This document shows, piece after piece, positions 1 to 10,152 of a stretch of 64,000 bases of DNA (the first letter of the stretch is position 1; the number at the start of each line of letters is the position of its first letter). The translations under genes and the position numbers were made by a program. This DNA comes from Hyphomicrobiaceae bacterium. Its GTDB lineage: Bacteria; Pseudomonadota; Alphaproteobacteria; Rhizobiales; Hyphomicrobiaceae. Under the pieces are notes generated by a model, which saw only the letters and a list, made by a program, of their open reading frames with translations, made no database searches and was not told the DNA's origin. The stretch covers positions 24,296-88,295 of the forward strand of contig JANXWC010000036.1 in assembly GCA_025351355.1 (NCBI GenBank). The letters are read 5' to 3'.

Positions 1-258
1 CCCGCCGCGGATCGCGAGCGCGTCACCAAGCGTTTCGTCCGATTGGAGCAAAGCCGGTCCCGTCCCGGAACGGGCCTTGGCTTAAGCCTTGTCTCAGCCG
101 TCGCGCGCTTGCATGATGGCGCACTACGGCTTGAAGACAATTCGCCAGGATTGCGCGTCGTTTTGTTGCTGGCGCAGCCCAGTTGCAGTGCCGCATCACC
201 AATCAGTGTGCCAGGAGGAGCTGGACGTGTCGGCCAAACCGCAAGCATCGCTCGCTGA
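1..258 (+). CDS. sensor histidine kinase, C-terminal fragment (5' end outside window)
   Basis: Frame 1 is open from nt 1. The translation ...DRERVTKRFVRLEQSRSRPGTGLGLSLVSAVARLHDGALRLEDNSPGLRVVLLL is a typical HATPase_c G2-box and C-terminus. Confidence 0.8.
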   Translation, partial: PAADRERVTKRFVRLEQSRSRPGTGLGLSLVSAVARLHDGALRLEDNSPGLRVVLLLAQPSCSAASPISVPGGAGRVGQTASIAR

Positions 259-3163
259 GCTGATCGTCGAGGCACCCCTCGTCTATGATTTTGTGCGCGC
301 TGAACGGGAGTGGGCAGCTCTTACTGCAGTATCGACCGAGCCGCAGTTTGCTGAACTGAAAAAGGTTCTTGCAAATAACGCAGTTAAAAATCTCTTGCGT
401 GGAATTTTTAGCGCCTCCCCGTATCTGACGCGCCTGATCGTCCGTCACCCTGATCATCTCCAGCGTTGCCTTACGGCGGCGCCCGACATTCTGGCCGGCG
501 AATTGGCATCGGAACTGCAATCTTTCATTTCTGAAGCATCAGTCCGGTCTTCTGTCATGAAAGCATTGCGTGTTTTCAAAGCGCAAGTCGCACTTTTGAC
601 CGCGCTCGCAGATCTCGGCGGTATTTGGCCGGTCATGACTGTTACCGCCGCCTTGTCGGGAGCTGCTGATGTCGCCGTCGATGCCGCTCTCTCATACTTG
701 TTTGCCGACGCACAACGAAGGGGCGATTGGGTCGACACCGATCGTGCAAGCGAATTGCGATCGGGCTATTTCATTCTTGCAATGGGAAAACACGGCGCCA
801 ACGAACTCAACTACTCCAGTGATATTGATCTCATAGTGTTTTATGATCCGGGCAAGAGCCGCCTCGCGCCTTTTCGCGAGTTGCCGAAATTTTTCATTCA
901 GTTGACCCGCGATCTCGTGAAGTTCCTGCAGGAGCCGACCGAGGACGGCTATGTTTTTCGCACCGATCTCCGTTTGCGCCCCGATCCTGGCTCGACAGCT
1001 GTCGCCCTGTCGATCACTGCCGCCGATAACTACTACGAATGCGTCGGTCAAAATTGGGAGCGCGCGGCGCTCATAAAGGCGCGCGTCATTGCCGGTGACA
1101 AAGAATCTGGACGGCAATTCCTGGCGTCGCTTTCCCCATTCATTTGGCGCAAAAATCTCGATTTTGCAGCCATCGCTGACATTCATGCCATGAAACGGCA
1201 GATCCACGTCGTCAAAGGCTTCGGCACGGTCGCCGTAGCCGGCCATAATATCAAAGTTGGTCGCGGCGGAATTCGCGAAATAGAGTTTTTCACGCAAACT
1301 CAGCAATTGATAGCGGGTGGTCGCCAACGCGATCTTCGTGTGCCCGATACGCTCGGCGCCCTCGATCGGCTGGTGGCGCGCAATTGGATTACTGCGCTGG
1401 TACGCGATGAACTTGCTGAAGCTTATGTCTTTCTCCGCCGGGTCGAGCACCTCCTGCAAATGGTGGCCGATGAACAGACCCAAACATTGCCTACCGACTC
1501 ACGTGCACTCGAGTCTCTGGCGGCGTTCGCACGCTTCTCGACATTTGCGTCATTTTCCGACGCGCTTACCACTCGATTGACGACGGTGCAAAATCACTAC
1601 AGCCAATTGTTCGAAGCTAGTCCCGCACTGACGGCCGCTGGACGCGACATGGTCTTTGCCGGCTCCACCGACGATCCGGCGACAGTTGCTGCTTTGTCGG
1701 CGATGGGATTTTCTGCGCCGTCGACGGTAATCGAATGCGTCCGCGGTTGGCATCACGGGCGAGCGCGTGCGATTCGGTCGCCGCGCGCACGTGAGTTGCT
1801 TACCGAGATGCAACCGCGCCTCATTCACGCGTTGTCGGCGACCGCAAACCCCGATCAAGCGTTCGCTGGCTTTGATCGTTTTATCGCCGACTTACCGTCG
1901 GGCGTTCAGCTTTTCTCATTGCTCAAGCAACACCCGGCTTTGTTAGAGCTGGTTGCAGCCATCATGGGGACCGCACCGCGGTTGGCGCGGGTTTTGAGCC
2001 GGCGAGGTAGAGTTTTGGACGCTGTGTTGGATCCGGGCTTCTTTGGCAGTCTCGCTACTCAAGAAGCCATCAGGAAGATCATAATTACCGAACTATCACA
2101 CGCACAGACTTATGAACAGGTTCTGGATCGTTCGCGCGTTGTCGGCAGCGAACTGGCGTTTCTGATAGGCGTCCGCGTTCTCACCGGCACCATCGAGGCT
2201 GCCGACGCTGGTCGGGCATATGCAGGGCTCGCGGATGAATTGATCGAAGCTCTCGCCATCCGCATTCAGGCGGAGATGACGCGGACGCACGGGGAAATCA
2301 GTGGCGGCGGCGCGGCAATTGTCGCGCTTGGAAAGCTCGGCGGCCGGGAGATGACGGCTGCTTCTGATCTGGATCTTATGGTCATTTATGACTTCGATCC
2401 TGCTGCACTACAGTCAAATGGCGAAAAACCACTTTCGCCTGCGCAGTACTACGCGCGTTTCACGCAGCGACTGATTGGCGCTTTTACCTCACCCACGGCT
2501 GAGGGATCCCTCTATGAAATCGATATGCGGTTGAGGCCATCCGGCAACCAAGGGCCGGTGGCTACTCAATTATCAAGTTTTATAGATTACCAGGCAAGCG
2601 AGGCCTGGACGTGGGAACATTTGGCCCTGACCCGAGCGCGTGTGGTTGCAGGGCCGCCGCATTTGCGCGCCTTGATCGAAGCGGGGATCGCCGGTGTTTT
2701 GCAACGCCCGCGCAATCGGCGCCGCATCGCCGCCGACGTCCATGACATGCGTAACCGTATCGCCGCATCGAAAGGCACGAGCGATCCGTGGGATCTTAAA
2801 CAAGTTCGCGGCGGTCTCATCGACATCGAATTCATCGCGCAGTACCTGCAACTCATCTACGCCGTTGAGCATCCGATCGTTCGGGATACCAATACTGAGC
2901 AGGCACTGCGAAAACTTGCGGCGGCAAATCTGTTGGCACCTGCTGTCTCCCATCTCCTACTGGCTGCGGTTCAGAGATTGAACAATTTAACCCAGATTCT
3001 CCGCTTGAGCCTGATCGACGCTTTTGATCCCGCAACAATTCCCGACGGCCTCAAGCGCTTACTGGCCGGCGTCGGACAGGCGCCGACATTTGAGGTCCTC
3101 GCCGCTGACCTCGTTGAACAGCATAGAGAAGTTGCCGGTTTGTTCGATAGGCTTATACGCTGA
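227..3163 (+). CDS. glnE: bifunctional glutamine synthetase adenylyltransferase/adenylyl-removing enzyme
   Basis: About 1000-aa ORF with two nucleotidyltransferase halves (GKHGANELNYSSDIDLIVFY and GKLGGREMTAASDLDLMVIY). GTG at 227 follows AGGAGG at 214-219. The longer ORF from 89 would overlap the kinase gene. Confidence 0.9.
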   Translation: MSAKPQASLAELIVEAPLVYDFVRAEREWAALTAVSTEPQFAELKKVLANNAVKNLLRGIFSASPYLTRLIVRHPDHLQRCLTAAPDILAGELASELQSFISEASVRSSVMKALRVFKAQVALLTALADLGGIWPVMTVTAALSGAADVAVDAALSYLFADAQRRGDWVDTDRASELRSGYFILAMGKHGANELNYSSDIDLIVFYDPGKSRLAPFRELPKFFIQLTRDLVKFLQEPTEDGYVFRTDLRLRPDPGSTAVALSITAADNYYECVGQNWERAALIKARVIAGDKESGRQFLASLSPFIWRKNLDFAAIADIHAMKRQIHVVKGFGTVAVAGHNIKVGRGGIREIEFFTQTQQLIAGGRQRDLRVPDTLGALDRLVARNWITALVRDELAEAYVFLRRVEHLLQMVADEQTQTLPTDSRALESLAAFARFSTFASFSDALTTRLTTVQNHYSQLFEASPALTAAGRDMVFAGSTDDPATVAALSAMGFSAPSTVIECVRGWHHGRARAIRSPRARELLTEMQPRLIHALSATANPDQAFAGFDRFIADLPSGVQLFSLLKQHPALLELVAAIMGTAPRLARVLSRRGRVLDAVLDPGFFGSLATQEAIRKIIITELSHAQTYEQVLDRSRVVGSELAFLIGVRVLTGTIEAADAGRAYAGLADELIEALAIRIQAEMTRTHGEISGGGAAIVALGKLGGREMTAASDLDLMVIYDFDPAALQSNGEKPLSPAQYYARFTQRLIGAFTSPTAEGSLYEIDMRLRPSGNQGPVATQLSSFIDYQASEAWTWEHLALTRARVVAGPPHLRALIEAGIAGVLQRPRNRRRIAADVHDMRNRIAASKGTSDPWDLKQVRGGLIDIEFIAQYLQLIYAVEHPIVRDTNTEQALRKLAAANLLAPAVSHLLLAAVQRLNNLTQILRLSLIDAFDPATIPDGLKRLLAGVGQAPTFEVLAADLVEQHREVAGLFDRLIR

Positions 3164-3253
3164 GCGATTTGGCAGACGGATTCACGCCCATGGAGCGTTA
3201 AATCAGCAGCGATCGGACCTGGCGGCAGTTTTGCCGAGGGCAATGGAGACGGT

Positions 3254-4207
3254 ATGATAAAGCGCAATTTAGCCTTGATCTCTGGCACGTTATTGGCAGC
3301 GGGCATCATCGGGGCCCTCGCCGCGCCGCCGCGTGATCGTACCGACAAGTTTTATGGCGGCGATCCGAGCCAGATCGGCAACGACGGCGGCGCTTGGCAC
3401 GGTCGCACTGGATCGGGCATCCGAGGCTGGTTCGGACCAAGATCGGTCACTGCAGACGAGTACGATGCCCGAACGCGAGAGCGCTTCGCCCGTCTCGACA
3501 AGAACAGCGATGGCGTCATCGATGTGACAGAAATCCAAGCCGTGATCATGCAGCCAGGCAAGCCAAGGCGAGGCAACATGAACCGCGGTGAACGAATGCT
3601 TCAGCAGTTCGGCAATAAAGACGGAAAAATCGCCAAAGACGCTTTTCTGGCCGAAGCAAAAAGGCGCTTCGCTCAACTGGATCTCAACAATGACGGCATG
3701 ATAACCGACGATGATCTGCCTCCTGACATGCGGGGTAAGGGCGTGCTGAGTGCCAATGGCCCCGACATGCCCGGTCCCATGGGAAGACAGTTGGCGGAAA
3801 TGCGCCTGGCTGACGTCAAGAAGGACGGTATGATTGCGCTTGACGCCTACATGGCTGTCCGGATGAAGCGCTTCGAGGATTTAGATCGCAACAAAGACGG
3901 GGTGATCGACAAAGTCGACTTCGATCTGGTGCGGCAGGAAATGGTGGCATACGGCGTAAAGCGTTTTTTGCACGCTTACAGATCTGACGCCGAGGGCAAG
4001 GTGTCAAAAGAGCGATTCTACAAAGTCGCAAAGGAACGCTTTGCGCGGCTCGATCCAAAAGGAGAAGGCAAAATTACGCTCGGCGAGGTTGAGGTGGAGC
4101 GCCGTGGCATGCGTGGCAGGCATTGGTTCGACGGACGCCGCGGAAGCGATCAAAGCAGCGAAGATAGCCGGCCATCTGACGCGCCGGGCAACGCGTCGAG
4201 GAATTAA
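3254..4207 (+). CDS. secreted multi-EF-hand calcium-binding protein
   Basis: N-terminal signal peptide MIKRNLALISGTLLAAGIIGALA. Canonical EF loops DKNSDGVIDVTE, DLNNDGMITDDD, DRNKDGVIDKVD and DPKGEGKITLGE alternate with degenerate loops. Confidence 0.8.
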   Translation: MIKRNLALISGTLLAAGIIGALAAPPRDRTDKFYGGDPSQIGNDGGAWHGRTGSGIRGWFGPRSVTADEYDARTRERFARLDKNSDGVIDVTEIQAVIMQPGKPRRGNMNRGERMLQQFGNKDGKIAKDAFLAEAKRRFAQLDLNNDGMITDDDLPPDMRGKGVLSANGPDMPGPMGRQLAEMRLADVKKDGMIALDAYMAVRMKRFEDLDRNKDGVIDKVDFDLVRQEMVAYGVKRFLHAYRSDAEGKVSKERFYKVAKERFARLDPKGEGKITLGEVEVERRGMRGRHWFDGRRGSDQSSEDSRPSDAPGNASRN

Positions 4208-4300
4208 TGTTCGATCGCGAAGTTCGCCTGAACATCCTAGCGCATGAGATTTTAGAAGGGCGGCGCTTCTTGTGATTGAGATTTGCAAGTTCGTTTCTGT

Positions 4301-4329
4301 GCGCCAATCAGCTAGAATACGATTGGCGC
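4301..4329. promoter_or_regulatory. perfect 9-bp inverted repeat GCGCCAATC-N11-GATTGGCGC between the EF-hand gene and the ECF sigma gene
   Basis: Read directly: arms at 4301-4309 and 4321-4329. Could be a terminator hairpin or an operator. Confidence 0.5.
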
Positions 4330-4336
4330 CGTTGTT

Positions 4337-4975
4337 ATGCTGAGGTGGCGCAAGGTGTCTTCCAGACCGATGGCAAAGCCTTTGGATCCAGGGCCAATGG
4401 AGCCCGCTAGTTCCGTGGCAGGCGAAGCGGTTCTTCTCGCTAATGCTGGGCGCGGGGACGCGGATGCGTTTCGCCAACTCGTCAATGTGCATCTCGGGGC
4501 GATGTTGGGAACAGCACGCCGCATGTTGGGCGACGCCGCTGAAGCCGAGGATGTAACACAGGAGGCAATGTTGCGCCTTTGGCGTCATGCAGCCACGTTG
4601 CAGCTCGGTCCCGCAGGTCTTAAGCCCTGGCTTCGTCGGGTCGTTTCCAATCTTGCGATTGATCGCATTCGCTCGTCGCGCAACACGAGTGTAGTCGCCG
4701 AAGTGCCCGATCAGATTGCGCGCCCCATGCAATCCGCTGGCATAGAGGCACGTGACTTGTCTCAACGTGTTCAGTCGGCCTTATCCCTATTACCAGAGCG
4801 GCAGAAATTGGCACTTATCTTGTTCCACTTTGAAGGTTTAAGCCAGATCGAGGTTGGCGAGAGCCTGGGCATTTCCGATGAAGCTGTGGAATCTCTGCTT
4901 GCGCGAGCGCGTCGCGCGTTGAAGGTGACTTTGAAGAACGAGTGGGAGCAGTTGCTGCCGGACAACATCGACTGA
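4337..4975 (+). CDS. ECF-type RNA polymerase sigma-70 factor
   Basis: Region 2 (DAEDVTQEAMLRLW) and region 4.2 HTH (LPERQKLALILFHFEGLSQIEVGESLGISDEAVESLLARARRAL). The true start may be ATG 4370 or 4397. Confidence 0.85.
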   Translation: MLRWRKVSSRPMAKPLDPGPMEPASSVAGEAVLLANAGRGDADAFRQLVNVHLGAMLGTARRMLGDAAEAEDVTQEAMLRLWRHAATLQLGPAGLKPWLRRVVSNLAIDRIRSSRNTSVVAEVPDQIARPMQSAGIEARDLSQRVQSALSLLPERQKLALILFHFEGLSQIEVGESLGISDEAVESLLARARRALKVTLKNEWEQLLPDNID

Positions 4976-5017
4976 AGTCCACGGAGTAAAGAAGTTCGTG
5001 AATTTGGAAAGATTGCT

Positions 5018-5545
5018 ATGACAGTTAGAAACACGCCCATCATGCCGCCTGCCGACTTTGAGCGCCTGCTCGAAGTATACGGTGGCGATCGCACGCGTTG
5101 GCCTCTGATTGCTAGGGCGAGCGCTGCGGCGCGCCTCGCGTCTGAAACAGATGCTCAGCGTTTGCTTGGTGAGGCGCAAGCCTTGGATGCGGTGCTATTT
5201 CAGATTACGGATCCGCATGCTTCTGAATTGACCGTGCTCGCAAATAGGATTGTCGCCGTGGCTCAATCATCGCCGCGGTTGCAAACCGCGAGTGCTGGCT
5301 CAACTGGCGTGTCGCCCCGTTTACCCGCCTTACCTCGATCAACTATTGGGGTAAGGCGTGAGATGGCGAGGGGAGCCGCTTTATTGGCGGCGTCGTTGAT
5401 GATTGGTGTGTTCGTTGGTCAGTCCCAGGTTGGCGCGCGCGCCGTGCCCGCACTTCAGGCAATAAGCGGGATTTCTTTAACCTCAGCGAATGATCGACTT
5501 GCCTTGTTGGATCTCCATCTCGATCAATCTGATGATTTTGAATGA
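5018..5545 (+). CDS. putative single-pass anti-sigma factor / membrane protein
   Basis: Lies directly downstream of the ECF sigma gene. One TM helix (GAALLAASLMIGVFVG). No recognisable zinc-binding anti-sigma (HxxxCxxC) motif. Role inferred from position only. Confidence 0.5.
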   Translation: MTVRNTPIMPPADFERLLEVYGGDRTRWPLIARASAAARLASETDAQRLLGEAQALDAVLFQITDPHASELTVLANRIVAVAQSSPRLQTASAGSTGVSPRLPALPRSTIGVRREMARGAALLAASLMIGVFVGQSQVGARAVPALQAISGISLTSANDRLALLDLHLDQSDDFE

Positions 5546-6076
5546 TTGGATGTCTTCATGCCTATTGATACGCCCGATATTGCAGTTGAACGAACGCGCT
5601 CAGGCGGTCCAACGCGGCTTGCGCTTCTCGTGTCATTGGCAGTGAACGCGTTGTTCATTGGCGGGCTTTTTAGCGCAGTCGTTCGACACAATGCTCAACC
5701 ATTCGGCCAGGCGGGCGGACCAGCCCAAAAAAGTCTGGGTGCTTACGTTTTAACGCTGCCTATCGAACGCAAAGATGCGATTTGGCAACGCTCAACTGAC
5801 AAACGTCGACTGATGAATGCGAGCCGTCGCGATGTGCGGCAGGCTCGTGAAGACGCGCTGGTGGCATTGACTGCCGAGCCGTTCGACAAAGAACGATTCC
5901 TTACAGCTGAAACCCGCTTGATCGAAGCCGAGCGTACCGCCCGGCTCGGTCAGCGCGATGTGCTGGTTGAGATTGCCGGATCAATGACACCGGAAGAACG
6001 CCGCGCCTATCTGCGTTGGCGAGGTCCGCCACGACCGTCGCCCGGCGAGCAGGGTGAGCAACAACTGCCTAAATGA
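5546..6076 (+). CDS. periplasmic Spy/CpxP-like (heavy-metal-sensor family) protein
   Basis: N-terminal TM/signal anchor, then a helical region with LTAEPFDKERF ... MTPEERRAYLRW typical of the CpxP/Spy/ZraP family. ATG 5558 is an alternative start. Confidence 0.6.
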   Translation: MDVFMPIDTPDIAVERTRSGGPTRLALLVSLAVNALFIGGLFSAVVRHNAQPFGQAGGPAQKSLGAYVLTLPIERKDAIWQRSTDKRRLMNASRRDVRQAREDALVALTAEPFDKERFLTAETRLIEAERTARLGQRDVLVEIAGSMTPEERRAYLRWRGPPRPSPGEQGEQQLPK

Positions 6077-6090
6077 TAACATGTCTTGTT

Positions 6091-8736
6091 TTAAGCTAAT
6101 GTTTTCATCGCTATTTCAGTGACGTCTCTCGATAGGGATTTTGTGGCGATGATCCGCTGCAGTGCGGCTTCAGCGAGCTGCCGTCGACCCATTTCGAGTG
6201 TGCGCCAACTGCGAAAGGATCCGAGCAGGCGTGCGGCTACCTGCGGATTTATGCGGTCGAGTTCAATGACCTTGCTACCAATAAACTCATAACCTCGTCC
6301 GTCGGCGCGATGAAAATTGGCTGGATTATTGGCGAATGCGAAAAGCAGCGCCCGCACTTTGTTGGGGTTCTTCATCGAGAACAGGGAATGCTTTGCCAAC
6401 CGCTGCGTCACTGCCAGCGCCGACGAACTGGGCAACATGGCCTGCAAGCTGAACCAATGATCGATTACCAGATGGTCGCCGTGCCAACGATCGTAGAAGC
6501 GCTCAAAGGCTTTTTCTCGCTGACTTTTAGGTGCGCGCCTCAATATGTTCAGTGCGCCAATTTCGTCCGTGAGATTATTGGCCGTTTCAAAGTGCCGAAC
6601 GACCCGAACCCATTCCGACGCCTTGTTGCCTGCGGCCAGTAATGACAGCACCGTCAATCGAAATGATCGGGCGCCGACTTGGGTCTTGTCGGGTTCGTAG
6701 GACTTATTGCTTTCCAGCGTCCGATATAGTTTCTCCAGTTCCCCCCTCAAGCCTGCCCCAAGGCACCCAGACAGCCAGACATTGGCCATTTGGATCGCGC
6801 CGGGATCCACATCCTGTCCGATCACCCGTGCGACGTCCGCCATGCCAGGAAAGGTCAGCATCTGCGCCCGGTAAGCGGTTTCCAAACTTTCTGTTCCGAT
6901 GACAAGCCGCATTGCATCGATATAGTCGAGCGGTGGCAGCGGTTTGTCGCCTGCCCGAAATTTTGTGACCACGGCGGTCAAAATACGCATCGCGTAGTCT
7001 TGAGAGGCTTGCCAACGATTGAAGGTGTCGCTGTCGTGCGCGATCTGGAAACGCAAGTCGGGATCCGAAAGGTTCAATGAGAGGTTCACCGGCGCCGAGA
7101 AACCACGCAACAGTGAAATCACGGGTCGTTCAGTTATTCCCGTGAACTTGAATTTTTCAACACGCTTTGTCAGCTCGATCAACCCGCCGTCAAAACGCTT
7201 ACCGTCAGGCAACCTGATGGAAATATCGCTCCCGTCTTTTCCTATGAAACCAACTCGCACAGGGATGTGAAGCGGTTTCTTTTTGGGCTGACCGGGCGTC
7301 GGTGACACAGTCTGCTCAATTTGCAGGCCTACAGTTTCATTCTTTGCGTCGTAGTCCATTTTGCAAATCAAGTTCGGCGTACCGGCCTGACTATACCACG
7401 TCATGAACTGCGTCAGATCTCGCTTTGAAACATCGGCGAAGCACGCAACGAAATCTTCGACGGTCGCCGCCTCGCCGTCGTGACGCTTGAAATAAAGGTC
7501 CATACCTTTGCGAAAGAGCTTCGGCCCCAGCAGCGTGGCGATCATACGCACGATCTCGGCGCCTTTGTCATACACAGTTGTCGTGTAAAAGTTATTGATC
7601 TCGATATAGCGATCGGGTCGCACCGGATGCGACAAGGGGCCCGCATCTTCGGGAAACTGCGTCGATTTCAGACCTCGGACGCTGGTTATCCGCTGGACAG
7701 CGCGCGAATGCGTGTCTGCGCTGAATTCCTGATCGCGATATACAGTCAGACCTTCCTTCAAACACAGTTGGAACCAGTCGCGGCAGGTGATGCGATTGCC
7801 GGTCCAATTGTGAAAATACTCATGCGCAATGACGCGCTCAATCGATAGAAAACTCGTGTCGGTAGCAGTTTCGGGAGTAGCCAGGATCAACCGGTCATTG
7901 AAGATATTGAGTCCCTTGTTTTCCATTGCGCCCATATTAAAGTCGGAAACCGCAACAATATTGAACTCGTCCAGGTCGTATTCGCGACCGAAGACCTCTT
8001 CGTCCCATCGCATCGAACGCTTCAGACAATCCATGGCCCAGGCGCAGTTTCTTTCCTTGCCGGACTCCACATATATTCCGAGATCGACGTTCTTCCCGGT
8101 CATGGTCTTGAATGTCGATGTTACCGACGTCAGGTTTCCGCCTACGAGCGCAAACAAGTATGCCGGCTTTGGATGCGGATCGACCCACACCGCATAGTGT
8201 CGTTTGCCGCCGTCAAGTGTGCCGCGTTCACGCCGGTTGCCATTGCTCAAGAGGATTGGCGCAATATTGACGTCTGCCTCAATTCGCGTGGTGAAACGCG
8301 CCAGTACGTCTGGACGATCGAGGTAGTAGGTGATGCGACGAAAGCCTTCGGCCTCGCATTGCGTACACCAGATCCCGCGCGTGCGATAAAGTCCGGAGAG
8401 GGCAGTATTCGCCTCAGGATCACAATAAGTCGTTATTTCAAGCGTAAACGGCTTGTCGGGCGTCCGAATGAGAGTGAGCGACTCGGTGTCGATGCGATAG
8501 TCTGATGCGCCAAGAATTTGATTGTTCAGTTTAATTGATGCGAGCTCGATGTGGCTGCCATCCAGGCGCAATGCACCCGGCCGCCCCTTATGTGCCGGAT
8601 TTGAGCGAAGCTTCAGTTTGGATAAAACGCGTGTGCGCGTCGCGTGCAGCACGACATCGAGATGCACAGTATCGATCAGATAGTTTGACGGCCGATAATC
8701 TTTGAGCTCAATTTGCGGTGGGGTGTCGGTGCGCAT
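6091..8736 (-). CDS. pepN: aminopeptidase N
   Basis: GAMEN and HEYFHNWTGNR-x18-E zinc motifs. Start ATG 8736 (MRTDTPPQIELKDY) is preceded by AAGGAGT. Confidence 0.95.
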   Translation of the reverse strand: MRTDTPPQIELKDYRPSNYLIDTVHLDVVLHATRTRVLSKLKLRSNPAHKGRPGALRLDGSHIELASIKLNNQILGASDYRIDTESLTLIRTPDKPFTLEITTYCDPEANTALSGLYRTRGIWCTQCEAEGFRRITYYLDRPDVLARFTTRIEADVNIAPILLSNGNRRERGTLDGGKRHYAVWVDPHPKPAYLFALVGGNLTSVTSTFKTMTGKNVDLGIYVESGKERNCAWAMDCLKRSMRWDEEVFGREYDLDEFNIVAVSDFNMGAMENKGLNIFNDRLILATPETATDTSFLSIERVIAHEYFHNWTGNRITCRDWFQLCLKEGLTVYRDQEFSADTHSRAVQRITSVRGLKSTQFPEDAGPLSHPVRPDRYIEINNFYTTTVYDKGAEIVRMIATLLGPKLFRKGMDLYFKRHDGEAATVEDFVACFADVSKRDLTQFMTWYSQAGTPNLICKMDYDAKNETVGLQIEQTVSPTPGQPKKKPLHIPVRVGFIGKDGSDISIRLPDGKRFDGGLIELTKRVEKFKFTGITERPVISLLRGFSAPVNLSLNLSDPDLRFQIAHDSDTFNRWQASQDYAMRILTAVVTKFRAGDKPLPPLDYIDAMRLVIGTESLETAYRAQMLTFPGMADVARVIGQDVDPGAIQMANVWLSGCLGAGLRGELEKLYRTLESNKSYEPDKTQVGARSFRLTVLSLLAAGNKASEWVRVVRHFETANNLTDEIGALNILRRAPKSQREKAFERFYDRWHGDHLVIDHWFSLQAMLPSSSALAVTQRLAKHSLFSMKNPNKVRALLFAFANNPANFHRADGRGYEFIGSKVIELDRINPQVAARLLGSFRSWRTLEMGRRQLAEAALQRIIATKSLSRDVTEIAMKTLA

Positions 8737-8924
8737 GATAACTCCTTGACCGCAATATTGTGGTCTGACGGCATCCAAGGGATGGTACCTGAAGTATTAC
8801 AAGGCCGAGGCGCGAGCAAGGCTGCGCAGCTCACTTCCCCCAAGGCCGGCAATAATGTGAGAGTATGGCTTATTGCACTTGCGAGAAACTTGCAATGCGA
8901 CCTCGGGATCCGCTGCAATTTGGA

Positions 8925-10127
8925 CTATGGGGCTGGAGCAACAAGCGTTCCGTCGTTCCAGGTATAGAAAACATACGATGGCAGATTGGCCGAGCCCGCC
9001 GCATCAAATCGCACGGGACCAAGAATTGTGTCGAAGGCCTTCGTCGCCAAAGATTTTATCGTTGATTGTTCAGAAACATTATTATCGCGGGTTACTGCAG
9101 ACGCTAGCACCTCAAGAGCAGCGTAACTGGCTATAGCCGTCCTGCTTGGTGTCCGTGCACCTGTTTGCAGCCGACGCGCAATGTCCGCCGCTTTTGGGAG
9201 TTGCCTGTAGTCGGGGGCGAACGCGACATTCACGCCATTGGCCCTCGCGCCGGCCAATCGCCCAAACACGCTGTCAGCTAGTTGATCCGTGGCAAGGATG
9301 ACGACAGCAGGCGACTGCTGGCGGATGGCACCGATCAAGAGCGCGGCCTCGCTCGGAAATGCCGCCAATGCGATATGGGTTATGCCGGCTGCCTTGATGC
9401 GCATCGCCATAGCCGAGAAATCTTTCTCCGCACCGGCAAATGTTTCAACAATCGACACTCTGCGTCCGCCTGCCTGGAGTACCGCGAAAGCGGCTTGCAG
9501 AACCTCCTGCGAATACTGCGTTCGGTCTCGCATAAATGCGATTCGAGCATTGAACCCCGCGCTTAATAGCGCGCTGCCGATAAGCGCGCCTTGCGATCCC
9601 TCAGCGGGCAGTCGAAAAAAAGCCGAGGTTCCAAAATTGGCGCTGCTAGCTCGTGTTGGCAGCGAACCGGCTGCGATGAATGCGACGCCTGCCGCGGCAT
9701 AAATGGGGGCGGCGGCGCGCGCGGCCGATGGACATGCGTGCCCCAGCACTGCTGCTGGAAGTGCTTGCAGGTCTGCCGTGATTTGCCGCGCAACGGACAG
9801 ACCACCCTCGCTCGAACACGCGTCATCATGAAAACTGACCGAAACAGCACGTTCCAAGTCTCCGCCACGAACCCTCAGGTCTATCAAGGCTAACTCTACT
9901 GCCGCTCTCACCTCGTCTCCAACGGCTTTCTGTGGCCCGCTGACTGGTAAAGCAATTGCAATCCTCGCCGGCTCGTCCGCATGGGCCGAAATCAAGAGCC
10001 CATACAGCAGAATTGCTGGCAATATGGGGATGAGCGCAGCAACAGTTCTCAGCAGATTATGCAACGACAAAAGGGGTGATCTTTCGATCACCCCTCCGCC
10101 GTCGGTGACGCAAAGCAGATCCGTCAT
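8925..10127 (-). CDS. divergent Leu/Ile/Val-binding-type periplasmic substrate-binding protein
   Basis: Type-1 periplasmic binding fold pattern (IAIALPVSGPQKAVGDEVRAAVELA...). Sits in tandem with the canonical binding protein. Start codon uncertain. Confidence 0.6.
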   Translation of the reverse strand: MTDLLCVTDGGGVIERSPLLSLHNLLRTVAALIPILPAILLYGLLISAHADEPARIAIALPVSGPQKAVGDEVRAAVELALIDLRVRGGDLERAVSVSFHDDACSSEGGLSVARQITADLQALPAAVLGHACPSAARAAAPIYAAAGVAFIAAGSLPTRASSANFGTSAFFRLPAEGSQGALIGSALLSAGFNARIAFMRDRTQYSQEVLQAAFAVLQAGGRRVSIVETFAGAEKDFSAMAMRIKAAGITHIALAAFPSEAALLIGAIRQQSPAVVILATDQLADSVFGRLAGARANGVNVAFAPDYRQLPKAADIARRLQTGARTPSRTAIASYAALEVLASAVTRDNNVSEQSTIKSLATKAFDTILGPVRFDAAGSANLPSYVFYTWNDGTLVAPAP

Positions 10128-10152
10128 TGGTCAGCTTTGCTTTTTTGAACGT

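Noticed and set aside
89-226. N-terminal extension of the glnE ORF (start at 89)
   Set aside because: It would overlap the histidine-kinase gene by 170 nt in another frame. An internal GTG at 227 with a strong AGGAGG is a better start.
692-1483. 263-aa minus-strand ORF inside glnE
   Set aside because: It is antisense to glnE, and its composition is that of a mirror frame.
4004-4765. 253-aa minus-strand ORF across the EF-hand gene end and the ECF sigma gene
   Set aside because: It overlaps two plus-strand genes that have clear domain signatures, and it has none itself.
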